A stretch of DNA of 64,000 nt from an uncultured virus (IMG/VR IMGVR_UViG_3300034374_009246) (taxonomy: Duplodnaviria > Heunggongvirae > Uroviricota > Caudoviricetes), in IMG/VR virus record IMGVR_UViG_3300034374_009246; one strand, given 5' to 3'. The translations under genes and the position numbers were made by a program. Of the stretch, positions 1 to 10,100 are shown piece by piece. The notes under the pieces were generated by a model that saw nothing but the letters and a program-made list of their open reading frames with translations, did no database searches and was not told the DNA's origin. The stretch's first letter is position 1. Each line of letters starts with the position of its first letter.

Positions 1-1
1 T

Positions 2-2965
2 TTTATTTTGACTAGCTGTCATAATATCTTGTTGAACAGACTCAGGCAAAGCTTTGAAACCAGGATTATTAAAACTTCCTCCTTTAGCATAACTATTCAT
101 TAAGTTACCGTTTTTAACTTGATAACCATATTTAGCCATAGGTTGCTGCATTGGCATAGGTTGTTGCATTTGTGTAGGTAATTGTGACTGACCTGAATTA
201 AACATTTGATTATTAATCAAATTTCTAATTTCATTTTGTCTAGCACTTAAAGCTTGCATTTCATTATGTAATGCTTGCAATTGAACATTACCTCCATTCA
301 TATAAGATTTTCTTCTTACAGTACCACCGCCATAAAAACCTTTATTTTCAGCCATATTAATTTGTTCCTGAACTCTTGCATCTTCTTCTTCAGGTGTAGG
401 TTTATTACCTGTAACAGTAGGTGATTCATCTATAGGAATCTTAGAATAATCAATATCTAATTCGCTTTCTGTTATAGGAGTTTCAGGTGTTGCAGAAACT
501 AATGGTTCTGGAGTTAAAGTTTTTATAGGAGTTGTAGAATATGTTGGTACAGGTTGATAATCTGCTGGAGGCGTACCCATTCCTGTAGGATCTGCTTTTT
601 GCATTCCTACACTTAATTTATTAGTATTTGATTGTCCTGTAATAACATTTCTATTATTTCCTGTAGTGTTAGGATTATTTTGCTCTTGTACTAATTCATC
701 TACAGTATTTGCAGCTTCTTGATTCATCATAGATAAATCTATAGGGAAGTTAGGTTCTTGACCTAGCTTGCTTGTAGGGTTTGTATTTGGAGGTAGTCCT
801 TGAGCAGTTCTTTCTGCTACAGCTTTTTTAGCTTCATCTTTGCTTACTTGGTCTACTACAGCAGCTGCATCAGTTGCAGCTTTTTCAGCATCTGCACTAC
901 TTCCTGTTCCTCCACTTATAGATGTACCATCTGGATTATAACCTCTTCTACGCATCTCTATTTGAAACAGTTGATTTTTTTGATCATCAGTAAGCATGTT
1001 ATGTTTAAACTTCAGATTATATTCATTCTCCCTGCCTTTGAAAAAACCTCTTAATCCACCTGCTCTTGATACACTATTATACTCATCTAAATAAGTTCCA
1101 GCAGCATTATAAGCTACAGGAGCTAAACCATAACCGCCAGGAACATAACTATTTCTTGTTGTACGGCCAGGCATAATAAACTGACCTTGCAAAACAGGAA
1201 CACCCGCATATCCTATTTGAGGTGACGGAGCATAAACTGGAGTTATATTATTATTAGTTCCCGTTGCGTTATCTGCTACTACTGCATCACTTGCTCCAGC
1301 ATCTGAGCTTACAGCTCCATCAGATGCTCCAGCATCTACTCCTGCAGCTCCATCAGAAGTTCCTGTTGTATTATTTTCTAATAATTCTGCTGTATTTTCT
1401 ACTGAAGCTACATTTTCATCTACCTCTTCCGTTTGAGTGTTTGTAGTATTTTTTTGCTTAGTGTTTTTAGTTTGTGTTTGTTTTTTTGGAGAAGTTTGTT
1501 GATAACTACCTGTAGCGGGATCAAATTCAAATCCTCCTGCAATCATGCGATCATGATTCTTTTTTTGTGATTCTGTCATTTCTTTTCCATCAATAAGAGG
1601 ATAGTCACTACTTGATGTAGAAGTTGCTGCTTGTTGAGAACTTTGTGGTCTATATAAACCGTTAGTTGCTGGTGGAAAAAAATAATTTTTTAAAAAACTG
1701 TAACCAAAAGGATCACCTGTGTTATATTTATAGTTACCTGTTGCTGCTCTTAATTCTTCTTGACTAACCATTCCATCACCATCAGTATCTAAAGAAAATT
1801 CAAAATTTGGAGAATTTGAGGAACCCCATAATTTATTAAATCTTTGACTTAAATTTGGTTTATTAGCATAATATTCTGAAAAAGATTGTTTTTTAGAACC
1901 CCCATCATCCATCTGTTGCATCTCAGGCATTTGTTGAGATTGCATATCCATAAACTCAGCTTTTGACATACCTGTGTCTGTACCATCAGGTAAGATAAAT
2001 GGGCCTTCTGTTTCTAATTGATACTGATAAAACTCTTCTGCAGTCATACCTGTATCTTGTCCTTGATAAACATAGTTTTTCATGCCACCTTGATTATACA
2101 TAGGCATGCCGTAGTATCCATTAAAATTCATATCATTATAATTTATTGTTCCACCGTATTGATTTTGTTGTACTTGAGTATTAGTATTTACTTGAGGAAT
2201 TTCAGGGTTAGGAGTAAAAGGATTAAGCTTATCCCAAAATATTTTAGCTTGTGCTTTTCTATTTTTTCTTACAGTTGGCCTCCATTGTTCTTTCCGCCAT
2301 GTTTTTGCCCAATCTGATATTTCTTCATTATCACTTCTTAAATCTCTTCTAAATTCTTTACTTAATTTACTAGTCTGTTTTTGTTTTAATTCTGGACCGT
2401 ACATTTTATTATAAGTATTAGCCCAGTCTATATCTTTTTGTAACTGACTTGCAGCATCAAATAAATAATTACCAAAATCAAATTTATTAGCTTGATTTTC
2501 TCTAAGAGCATTTTGATAATATATAGCATTAGGATCAGTACTTTTTTTACTATATCCAAAAATATTATTAGGACCACCATTGTTAAAATAAGGCATCATC
2601 ATTTCTTGTTGAGCTACCTGATTTAACATTTGATCTTGCATTACTTGAGATGCATTATCTTTAAGTGTTGATGTAAAATAATTAATATTATCTTGACCAA
2701 TGTTTTGAGCCATGTTCATAGGAGCTGATTGACCTCCCATTTCTTTTTTCTTTTTAGCAGCCATTTCTCTAAATACTTTAGCTAAGTTATATCGTTTAGT
2801 ACCAGGTGGGCAAGAAGGACCTCCAAACTTAGAGCCTGTACAAGGTTTATCTTTACGCATACCTTTAACAGCTTTCTGTATCCATTTTTTGTCAGAACCT
2901 TTAGCTCCTCCTTTTTTAAACTTATTTTGTTGACATTCCCAACAACCATCATCTTCTTTATACAT
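2..2965 (-). CDS. Large low-complexity virion cargo-type protein, 3' end truncated by the window edge (>988 aa)
   Basis: Not in the ORF track because it runs off the edge. ATG at 2965 (MYKEDDGCWECQQNKFKKGG...); the same frame reads MNSYAKGGSFNNPGFKALPESVQ near position 100; spot checks found no stop. Q/P/N/M-rich with recurring xxxGG motifs; GTATATTAT motif 7 nt upstream. Confidence 0.75.
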   Translation of the reverse strand, partial: MYKEDDGCWECQQNKFKKGGAKGSDKKWIQKAVKGMRKDKPCTGSKFGGPSCPPGTKRYNLAKVFREMAAKKKKEMGGQSAPMNMAQNIGQDNINYFTSTLKDNASQVMQDQMLNQVAQQEMMMPYFNNGGPNNIFGYSKKSTDPNAIYYQNALRENQANKFDFGNYLFDAASQLQKDIDWANTYNKMYGPELKQKQTSKLSKEFRRDLRSDNEEISDWAKTWRKEQWRPTVRKNRKAQAKIFWDKLNPFTPNPEIPQVNTNTQVQQNQYGGTINYNDMNFNGYYGMPMYNQGGMKNYVYQGQDTGMTAEEFYQYQLETEGPFILPDGTDTGMSKAEFMDMQSQQMPEMQQMDDGGSKKQSFSEYYANKPNLSQRFNKLWGSSNSPNFEFSLDTDGDGMVSQEELRAATGNYKYNTGDPFGYSFLKNYFFPPATNGLYRPQSSQQAATSTSSSDYPLIDGKEMTESQKKNHDRMIAGGFEFDPATGSYQQTSPKKQTQTKNTKQKNTTNTQTEEVDENVASVENTAELLENNTTGTSDGAAGVDAGASDGAVSSDAGASDAVVADNATGTNNNITPVYAPSPQIGYAGVPVLQGQFIMPGRTTRNSYVPGGYGLAPVAYNAAGTYLDEYNSVSRAGGLRGFFKGRENEYNLKFKHNMLTDDQKNQLFQIEMRRRGYNPDGTSISGGTGSSADAEKAATDAAAVVDQVSKDEAKKAVAERTAQGLPPNTNPTSKLGQEPNFPIDLSMMNQEAANTVDELVQEQNNPNTTGNNRNVITGQSNTNKLSVGMQKADPTGMGTPPADYQPVPTYSTTPIKTLTPEPLVSATPETPITESELDIDYSKIPIDESPTVTGNKPTPEEEDARVQEQINMAENKGFYGGGTVRRKSYMNGGNVQLQALHNEMQALSARQNEIRNLINNQMFNSGQSQLPTQMQQPMPMQQPMAKYGYQVKNGNLMNSYAKGGSFNNPGFKALPESVQQDIMTASQNK

Positions 2966-2988
2966 TCTATACATAATATACGAAATTA

Positions 2989-5900
2989 TTATCTATTTTT
3001 AATTCTTTTTGCAGTTACTGTTACTTCAGGTAAGTCATAAGCACCATATACAAAATCTGAATACAAGTCACTTGGTATAATAATGTTAGGATCCATAAAA
3101 ATATTAGTATCTGTAGATTCAGCAGGTGGCGTATCAATAGTATATGCAAAATCTTTTACAGCTTGTTCTTGTGCTGCAACAGCTTCATTATATTTTTGTT
3201 GTTCATACTCTTTAATAGTAGCATCTGTTATTTTATCTTTATCATAACCTTCAGCAGCCATTCTATTTATTGTTTTTTCTTTTAAATATTTAGCAGCTTT
3301 TTCTTGTTTGCGATTATAAATTTGTTCTTCAGCTTGCTTTCCGTAGTTATTACCTTTTTGTGTTTGAATAACATTAGCCATATTTCTCATTGCTAAATTA
3401 GAATAATCTCTACCTTTATCTGAAGTTAATATTTTTCTATAACTATCTTTTTTCCACCAATTAGGTCCAGCACTCCACCCTCCAGCTAAAATATATGATG
3501 CAGGATAAAACCATTCTTGTCCATCTTCTCCTTTAATTTTAACTTCGTCTGTTTCTCTATAATAATCAGGATCAGCTTTTAATGCTTTATATCTTTTTAA
3601 CATTAACAATGTAGCAGCTTTAGTTTGATTTTCTTCACTATCAAATATTTGATCTTTAGATAATCCTATTTCATTTAATTCTTTTTCTAACCCTCCAAAA
3701 TTCATTTCAGGTTTCATTTGATAAATACCTCTACTAACTTCACTTCTTTTTAATCCTACATCTTTTGCAATATCTGCTAAACCTTCTTTAAATTCTAAAG
3801 CAGTTTGACCTTCATATTTTTTACCATAGTTACTACCAGCTCGTACAGGATTTTCTACAGTTCCTGTTAATGGTATTCTTATACTTGTTCCAGGTATAGG
3901 AATCCCTTCACTTCCTCCTAGAGTAGCGGAACTTCCTCTTTTTGCTTCTCTTTCAAGCACTCCTCCTATAACAATTTGTGCTGCTTTATTAACATCATCT
4001 TGAGGATAGCCTGCTTTCATAAATGTTTCAACATGATTATTTATTTCATTTATTCTTGCTTTTTCATAATCATTTGTTCCTTCTAAAGGTGTTAACATGT
4101 TTTCTGAATCAAATGGTTTTACTATATCTTCTACTACTTCACCAGGTTTTTCATATGGTGATTTCCAATCTTCACTAAAGTAAGGATTTTGAGCAACAGC
4201 TTTTTGGTATTCATCTGTCATTTTACCAGAACGTGCAATAGACGCTATTCTATAAGCACCTAATCCTTTATGATCATCTAATGTAATAGGTTCATCTACA
4301 CGTTTTATATATGCTTTTCCTGTTTCTGAAGCATGCCAAATTAAAGGTGTACCATCAGTATCTTTACCAATGATAAGACCCATATGTTCTATTTTTTCAT
4401 TTTCCCATTTATTACCTGCTTTATCTTCTGTTTTTTTAGCGTAACGTCTACTAGAATCTGTATCTCTTCTATCTAAATGAACATAATCTCCTACTTGCAA
4501 TAATCCATAAACTTCTTTAGGTAAGTCAGGTATATTTTTACCTCTAGCTTCTGTTTCATAAAGAAGTGTTCCTCCATTTTTTATTACAGCATCTTTATTA
4601 AACCATGCATCATTAGCCCATAAATATTTTTTATCAGAATTAGGCATATCACTAAACAAATTCATAGATTTTAATGTAGCTTGTTTTGAACAACCGTAAC
4701 CTTCTCCACTTGTTCTGCAGATTTCTTCTCTTCTTTCAGGATTAGAAGGAAAAATAGGTAATGTTGCAAACTTGCCGCTAGTCTCATAATCTTTTAAAGC
4801 ATTTTTAGTTTTAGTATCCATTACTCCTGATTTATCTATCTCATATCCTTTTCCTATAAGATAGTTCTGAATATTTGTTACATAGTTTGCAGTTTGTGGT
4901 TTTTCTTTATACTCTTGATTTATAATTTCATTTTGCATTTTTAAATCTTGAGATTTAAAATCTTGAGCGTTTATTCCTTTATTATAAGCATCAATAGCAG
5001 CTTGTGTTTTAGGACCTAAATCTCCATCAACACCATTTCCTAATGGACCTGTAGTACCTAAATCATATCCTGCATCAAAAAGTTTTTGCTGTATAGCTAT
5101 AGTTTCTTTATTAACATTTGGTTGAATAAAATTTTCAGGTCTATTTATATTTTGAATAGATATTTGTTGTTCTTGAGGTAAAGGATTACCTAGAAGCTCA
5201 GGAAATATTCTAGTTTGTATAGCTTTTCTAGCATCTCCTTTTGCAGTTATCCAATCTGTATTACCTTTTTTTCTAGTTAAATAGTTATCACCTTCTTTTA
5301 GATACTCATAACCATCCCCTACATCTACAACATCTCCACCATCTGTTTTTTGTATTAATCCTGAAATAGCACCCATTATTGGTTCTTTTGGTGACCACCT
5401 ATAAGTATAATAAGGATTTTTTTCTAAAGGTCCTTTTCTTACAGGATAACCTATAGGTAAATACTTTTCGCCACCTCCTGTATCTATATAAGTGCTATCA
5501 TTTATCATTACTCCTGCATGATAAGGCGTTCCTTCAGGAAACTCTTCAGTTTTTAACTCAGGTCTGTAAAAAGAAATAATATCTCCAGGTTGAGCAGTAG
5601 AATCTGGGTGTAAACGTTTATACCCTAATTTATCAGCTGCTTTATAAAAGTCTTTATTAGTATTAATTGTACTAGGTATACTATGTCTGCCAGTTGCTTT
5701 ATCAACATCTTTTACAAACTCCATACAAGTATAATCATAACAAGGATAGGGTAATAAGTTTCTCATAAAACTTACAGGTTCTCTATCTACTATTTTACCT
5801 TGTTTATGAAACTCTTCAGCTTTATCTACAAATTGTTTTTGATTTACATTTGGGTTAACAATGTTAGGCATAGGAGGTCTTTCTACTCTACTAGTAGATG

Positions 5901-7122
5901 CTTCTATTTGTTTTATAGCTGGTAAAGTATCATAATCAATACTAAAATCTGTTTGTTTATTATTAGGTGCAGATACAATTTCATCAGATTTTATAGAATC
6001 TGTTTCTTTATATATTTTATCTTGAATAGCTTTTTTAGCTTTACCTGTTGTTTTTATCCATTCAGCAGAACCTTTTTTTCTAGTAAGATAATCATTACCT
6101 TCTTTTAAATATTGCCAGCCATCACCCGGATCTATAACATCTCCTCCGTCTGTATAAACAAGTTTATTAGAATATACTCTTCCTGTTTTAGCATCTACGT
6201 AAGGAGTAAATCCTGCTCTTATGTCTCCTTCAATAGATTTTAAATATGTTGGATGATTTGGAGATTTTAAATACATTCCTGTTTCAGGGTTTACGCCTAA
6301 CATGTGCCATTCATTTTGAATGCGTTCAGGAGAAAGACCTGCTTTCCATGCACCTCTTAAATCATATAAATCATTATCTGTTTGTAAATTTTCAGGTAAA
6401 GATTTTCTCCAATTTTGAAAAACAAACTCTTCATCTTTAGATAATGGTGTTTTAAAAGGTGGATCTACGTGTGTTCCTCCATGTTCAAAGTTTGCTCTTA
6501 ATCCTACTCTATATGCAGGAGGTTCTTGTGGAGTTAATGATACATTACCATATAGATTTACATTATCATTTACATTATAAGAAGCTCCAATATCATGGTA
6601 CACTCCTGATGGATCAGCATTTAAACTATAGTTTAAGGAAAGAGGGTCAATGGGTCTGTAATTTATATCTACGCCACCATAAACATTTTTTAAATCAGTA
6701 CCTATATTTCCACTTATATCTCCTTTAGGAAAACCCATGCTAGCTGAAGCATTAAGTCTAGCTTGATTAAAATCTGTATCAAAACTTCCCACAATATCCA
6801 TATCTTGTAAAGGGATAGCTACTCTACCTGACACATTAGGATTTAATGGCGCAAAGCTATATTCTCCACTTTGCATGTTAGGTGCAACTATTGGATTACT
6901 TATATTTATATCTCCAAACACCCTATCCTTAATATTAAAATCAGTACCTGCCTGAAGATCTATTCCTCCAGTCATACCAGGCATAACAGATAAATAAGGT
7001 CTTCCTGATACAGGGCCTCCATTATTAAACATAGTTAGTTTACCTAACATAGATGTTCTTTCATAATTAGGACCTTGCGGTAAACCTCTATTGTTTAATG
7101 TATAGAATAATAATTTATCCAT
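2989..7122 (-). CDS. Multidomain virion-associated peptidoglycan hydrolase/cargo protein (1377 aa)
   Basis: Two NlpC/P60/CHAP-like segments (CMEFV..QPGDIISF..YHAGV; CSKQA..QVGDYVHL..EHMGLII), two PG-binding-like segments (IQQKLFDAGYDL..VDGDLGPKTQAAI; IQNYLIGKGY..SGVMDTKTKNALKDYE) and a lysozyme-like C-terminal part (SRGIYQM..NQTKAATLLM). Confidence 0.7.
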   Translation of the reverse strand: MDKLLFYTLNNRGLPQGPNYERTSMLGKLTMFNNGGPVSGRPYLSVMPGMTGGIDLQAGTDFNIKDRVFGDINISNPIVAPNMQSGEYSFAPLNPNVSGRVAIPLQDMDIVGSFDTDFNQARLNASASMGFPKGDISGNIGTDLKNVYGGVDINYRPIDPLSLNYSLNADPSGVYHDIGASYNVNDNVNLYGNVSLTPQEPPAYRVGLRANFEHGGTHVDPPFKTPLSKDEEFVFQNWRKSLPENLQTDNDLYDLRGAWKAGLSPERIQNEWHMLGVNPETGMYLKSPNHPTYLKSIEGDIRAGFTPYVDAKTGRVYSNKLVYTDGGDVIDPGDGWQYLKEGNDYLTRKKGSAEWIKTTGKAKKAIQDKIYKETDSIKSDEIVSAPNNKQTDFSIDYDTLPAIKQIEASTSRVERPPMPNIVNPNVNQKQFVDKAEEFHKQGKIVDREPVSFMRNLLPYPCYDYTCMEFVKDVDKATGRHSIPSTINTNKDFYKAADKLGYKRLHPDSTAQPGDIISFYRPELKTEEFPEGTPYHAGVMINDSTYIDTGGGEKYLPIGYPVRKGPLEKNPYYTYRWSPKEPIMGAISGLIQKTDGGDVVDVGDGYEYLKEGDNYLTRKKGNTDWITAKGDARKAIQTRIFPELLGNPLPQEQQISIQNINRPENFIQPNVNKETIAIQQKLFDAGYDLGTTGPLGNGVDGDLGPKTQAAIDAYNKGINAQDFKSQDLKMQNEIINQEYKEKPQTANYVTNIQNYLIGKGYEIDKSGVMDTKTKNALKDYETSGKFATLPIFPSNPERREEICRTSGEGYGCSKQATLKSMNLFSDMPNSDKKYLWANDAWFNKDAVIKNGGTLLYETEARGKNIPDLPKEVYGLLQVGDYVHLDRRDTDSSRRYAKKTEDKAGNKWENEKIEHMGLIIGKDTDGTPLIWHASETGKAYIKRVDEPITLDDHKGLGAYRIASIARSGKMTDEYQKAVAQNPYFSEDWKSPYEKPGEVVEDIVKPFDSENMLTPLEGTNDYEKARINEINNHVETFMKAGYPQDDVNKAAQIVIGGVLEREAKRGSSATLGGSEGIPIPGTSIRIPLTGTVENPVRAGSNYGKKYEGQTALEFKEGLADIAKDVGLKRSEVSRGIYQMKPEMNFGGLEKELNEIGLSKDQIFDSEENQTKAATLLMLKRYKALKADPDYYRETDEVKIKGEDGQEWFYPASYILAGGWSAGPNWWKKDSYRKILTSDKGRDYSNLAMRNMANVIQTQKGNNYGKQAEEQIYNRKQEKAAKYLKEKTINRMAAEGYDKDKITDATIKEYEQQKYNEAVAAQEQAVKDFAYTIDTPPAESTDTNIFMDPNIIIPSDLYSDFVYGAYDLPEVTVTAKRIKNR

Positions 7123-10100
7123 TTATCTTGATGATTTTAAATTCATATTTACTGCTGTTGATATAATAATATTTCTGTCACCACTTTTCTTTCTTCTTAA
7201 AAATACAGAATTTTTAAAATGTCTGAATTTTTTTCTTTGAAAAGCATTCTTATTATAATTTAAATTATTAAAATTTAAATTTCTAATATAACCATTAGGT
7301 TCTGTATTAAATATTGTTCTTGTAGCTGTGGAATTAAACTCACCTCTATCAGCTGTAATATCCCAAAACTGATTAAACCTATACTTTTGTTCTTCTTTAG
7401 AATATACTATATCTATGTTGCTATAATTAACTTTTGGATACTTAAGCATTTCAGGAGTATTGTTTTTTGGTTGAAGATTTAATCTTAACAAACCAGATAC
7501 TTGTTCTGAGTTATGTATTATAGCTTCATCAAAATTAAAATCCAAATCATGAAATCTATCATAGCAATTTTCAGCATACTTATAAGCTTCCATGTAATAC
7601 TCTACGTTTCTTAATGTATTTACAACACCTCCTGTATGATTACCAAACTCTACCTCAAACGGATAATCTACATCATAAAAGTTACAATAACTATCACATC
7701 TATTATTGTGTATCCAAATACCGTTGGCTTTAGTAGACAAGAATGTATTTTTACTTGATATAGTTAAATCAGGATGCCAATCATGATATGAAATCCATGA
7801 TTGTGTTTTAGGATCATAACTTATTGTCCAAGAAGCAGAATCAAAATACAGAGGGTTTCCAAGAGTAATAGGAACCATTGTATTATTTAAATAGAAAAGA
7901 TCACTGTCTCCAGAATATCTTAATGTAGTTCCTTCAGGTAAATCCTTTTTAAGTTGGTAATCTTTCTTAGAAAAATATACAATTTGATTTAAGTTATCAT
8001 AAATAGTTTGACATCCTATACCAGCAACAGGATTATCTTTTAATTTAAAATCAGGAAAGTCTTCTGTTAATTTATAAGGTAAAAATTCAGAAAACCACCA
8101 TTTTAAACCTCTGTTAGAAATCTCTTGTATTGTTCCTGAAGTTAGTGTAAATACTTTTCCTTGATTTTGACTAACATAATAAAATCCTGCAGGTGTGTTT
8201 ATTGCACTATATTTATCTTGACAAGAACCATACTCAATTGGCCATTCACTATTTGCTAAATTTTGCATAGGTTGAGAGAACAATCCACCATCACCTATAG
8301 TAAGCTTAGTATCTTGATCTGTAGTTAATTGATCTACGCCAGCAAAAGTAATAGGACTCATATTATCAAATAATATTAAAGCCCCGTTTTTAGAAAACTG
8401 TTTTACAGCTCTTGGACGGCTTGTAAAATCTTTATAATTAAAAGGTAAAAAGATTCTCCAAAAATCTTGTTTATTAGCAGCTCTTTGCGGTAAAGAATAA
8501 ATTATTCTATCAGGTCTATATGTATAACATGTTTCAGCTACTTGAGGATCATACTCTCTACTTTGTGTATTTCCCCAAGCTAAAAAATTATTAAACAATC
8601 TAGATACGCTTAAGCTCCAATCATATTTATAATAATTACCTGCTTTTATAATGTTTGGATTAGCATTAAATAAAGTAGGTAAATGAGTATATCTTTTTGA
8701 ATCATAATGCCTTCTATTTATTTCATCTTCCCAATCTCTATAATCTATATTTATTTCTGTTTCTACATAAAAATCTTTTACTCCTGAATTAAATAAATAA
8801 AAGAAATGATTTTCTAAAAGAACTCTTCCAAACTCTAAACTATATCCATCAAAAGTATCCATGCAATATTTACTAAATGGTAAAGCTACAGTTGCTGACT
8901 GAGGATCATCTATAAAAGCAAACATATCTGTTGTATCAATGCTTTGTAATAATTCACCTATATCATACTTTTCACTATTCATCCAATAAGAAACATACGC
9001 TGCATTTTGCCTTAAAAAATAATTATATTCATATCCATCTGGTTGATCATATAACCAATCATAAAAGAATATCATTGAATTTTTTTCAGTATATCTTCCT
9101 ATATAAATGTCACCATTAAACATAATATCTGTAGAAGAAGGACCATTAGCAATAGTCTGTCCATAATTTTTAAGAGTTGTACCTGTAGATACAGGAACTT
9201 GAACAATACCATTTATCTGACCATATTGATTTCTAATTCTTTGTTTTAAAGCAACATAGTAAGAAGAAGCTGTAAAATTAAAAGATCCATGTATATCTTC
9301 TCTTGTAGGACCATTTTTTAATTTAGAAGCTTCACCTAAAGTTAAATTAGAATTATCTACTATAACAGGATCAGCTATTAAAGCATCGTTAGGATTTAAA
9401 GCTTCTGTTTGAATAGCTACAAAGCGGCTCCTAAAAATATTATTAATTCTAAAATCTTGAGTCCAATCTACTAACGCAGGCCCTATGTATCCTTGTTCTC
9501 CTATAGCTCTTCTAATGTTGTTTGGTTGTGGTCTTTCATAAAATCTTTGAAAGCAATGACTCACACATTGTAATGCGTATTGTTGTTCTGTAGACACAGC
9601 TCTAATTATATCTAAAAACATATCTATGCCTTTCATATAATTAAATATCCAACTAGCTATACCTACAACACTACCTAAAACAGGTCCTAAAGCGCTATAG
9701 TCAGAACCCTCTACAGTTTCAGTGTAACCTTGCGCACTAACACCTGGAGCTGCAGTTGCAAAATTATCTAACGCCCAACCTCCAGTTGTATCATATAAAA
9801 CTTGAGGATGTTTTACACCAGCAGCAAAAGAAGCTCCTAATATAGAAAAATCATTTACAGCTGCATACTGACCAAGTACTCTACCTGTATGTATACCACT
9901 TAATGCTGCAATACCAAGACCATGTCCACCAGCAACATCTAAAGGTTGAAAACCTGCAGCCATACCAAACCATGTACCACCTCTATTTTCAGAAGTAGGA
10001 CTTTTTCTATTATAACTTCTTTTACCTAAAGCTGCAGTAATAGGATAAGCAATTCCAACAATACATGCTATAATTAATGCTTGATCAGTTATTAATTTAT

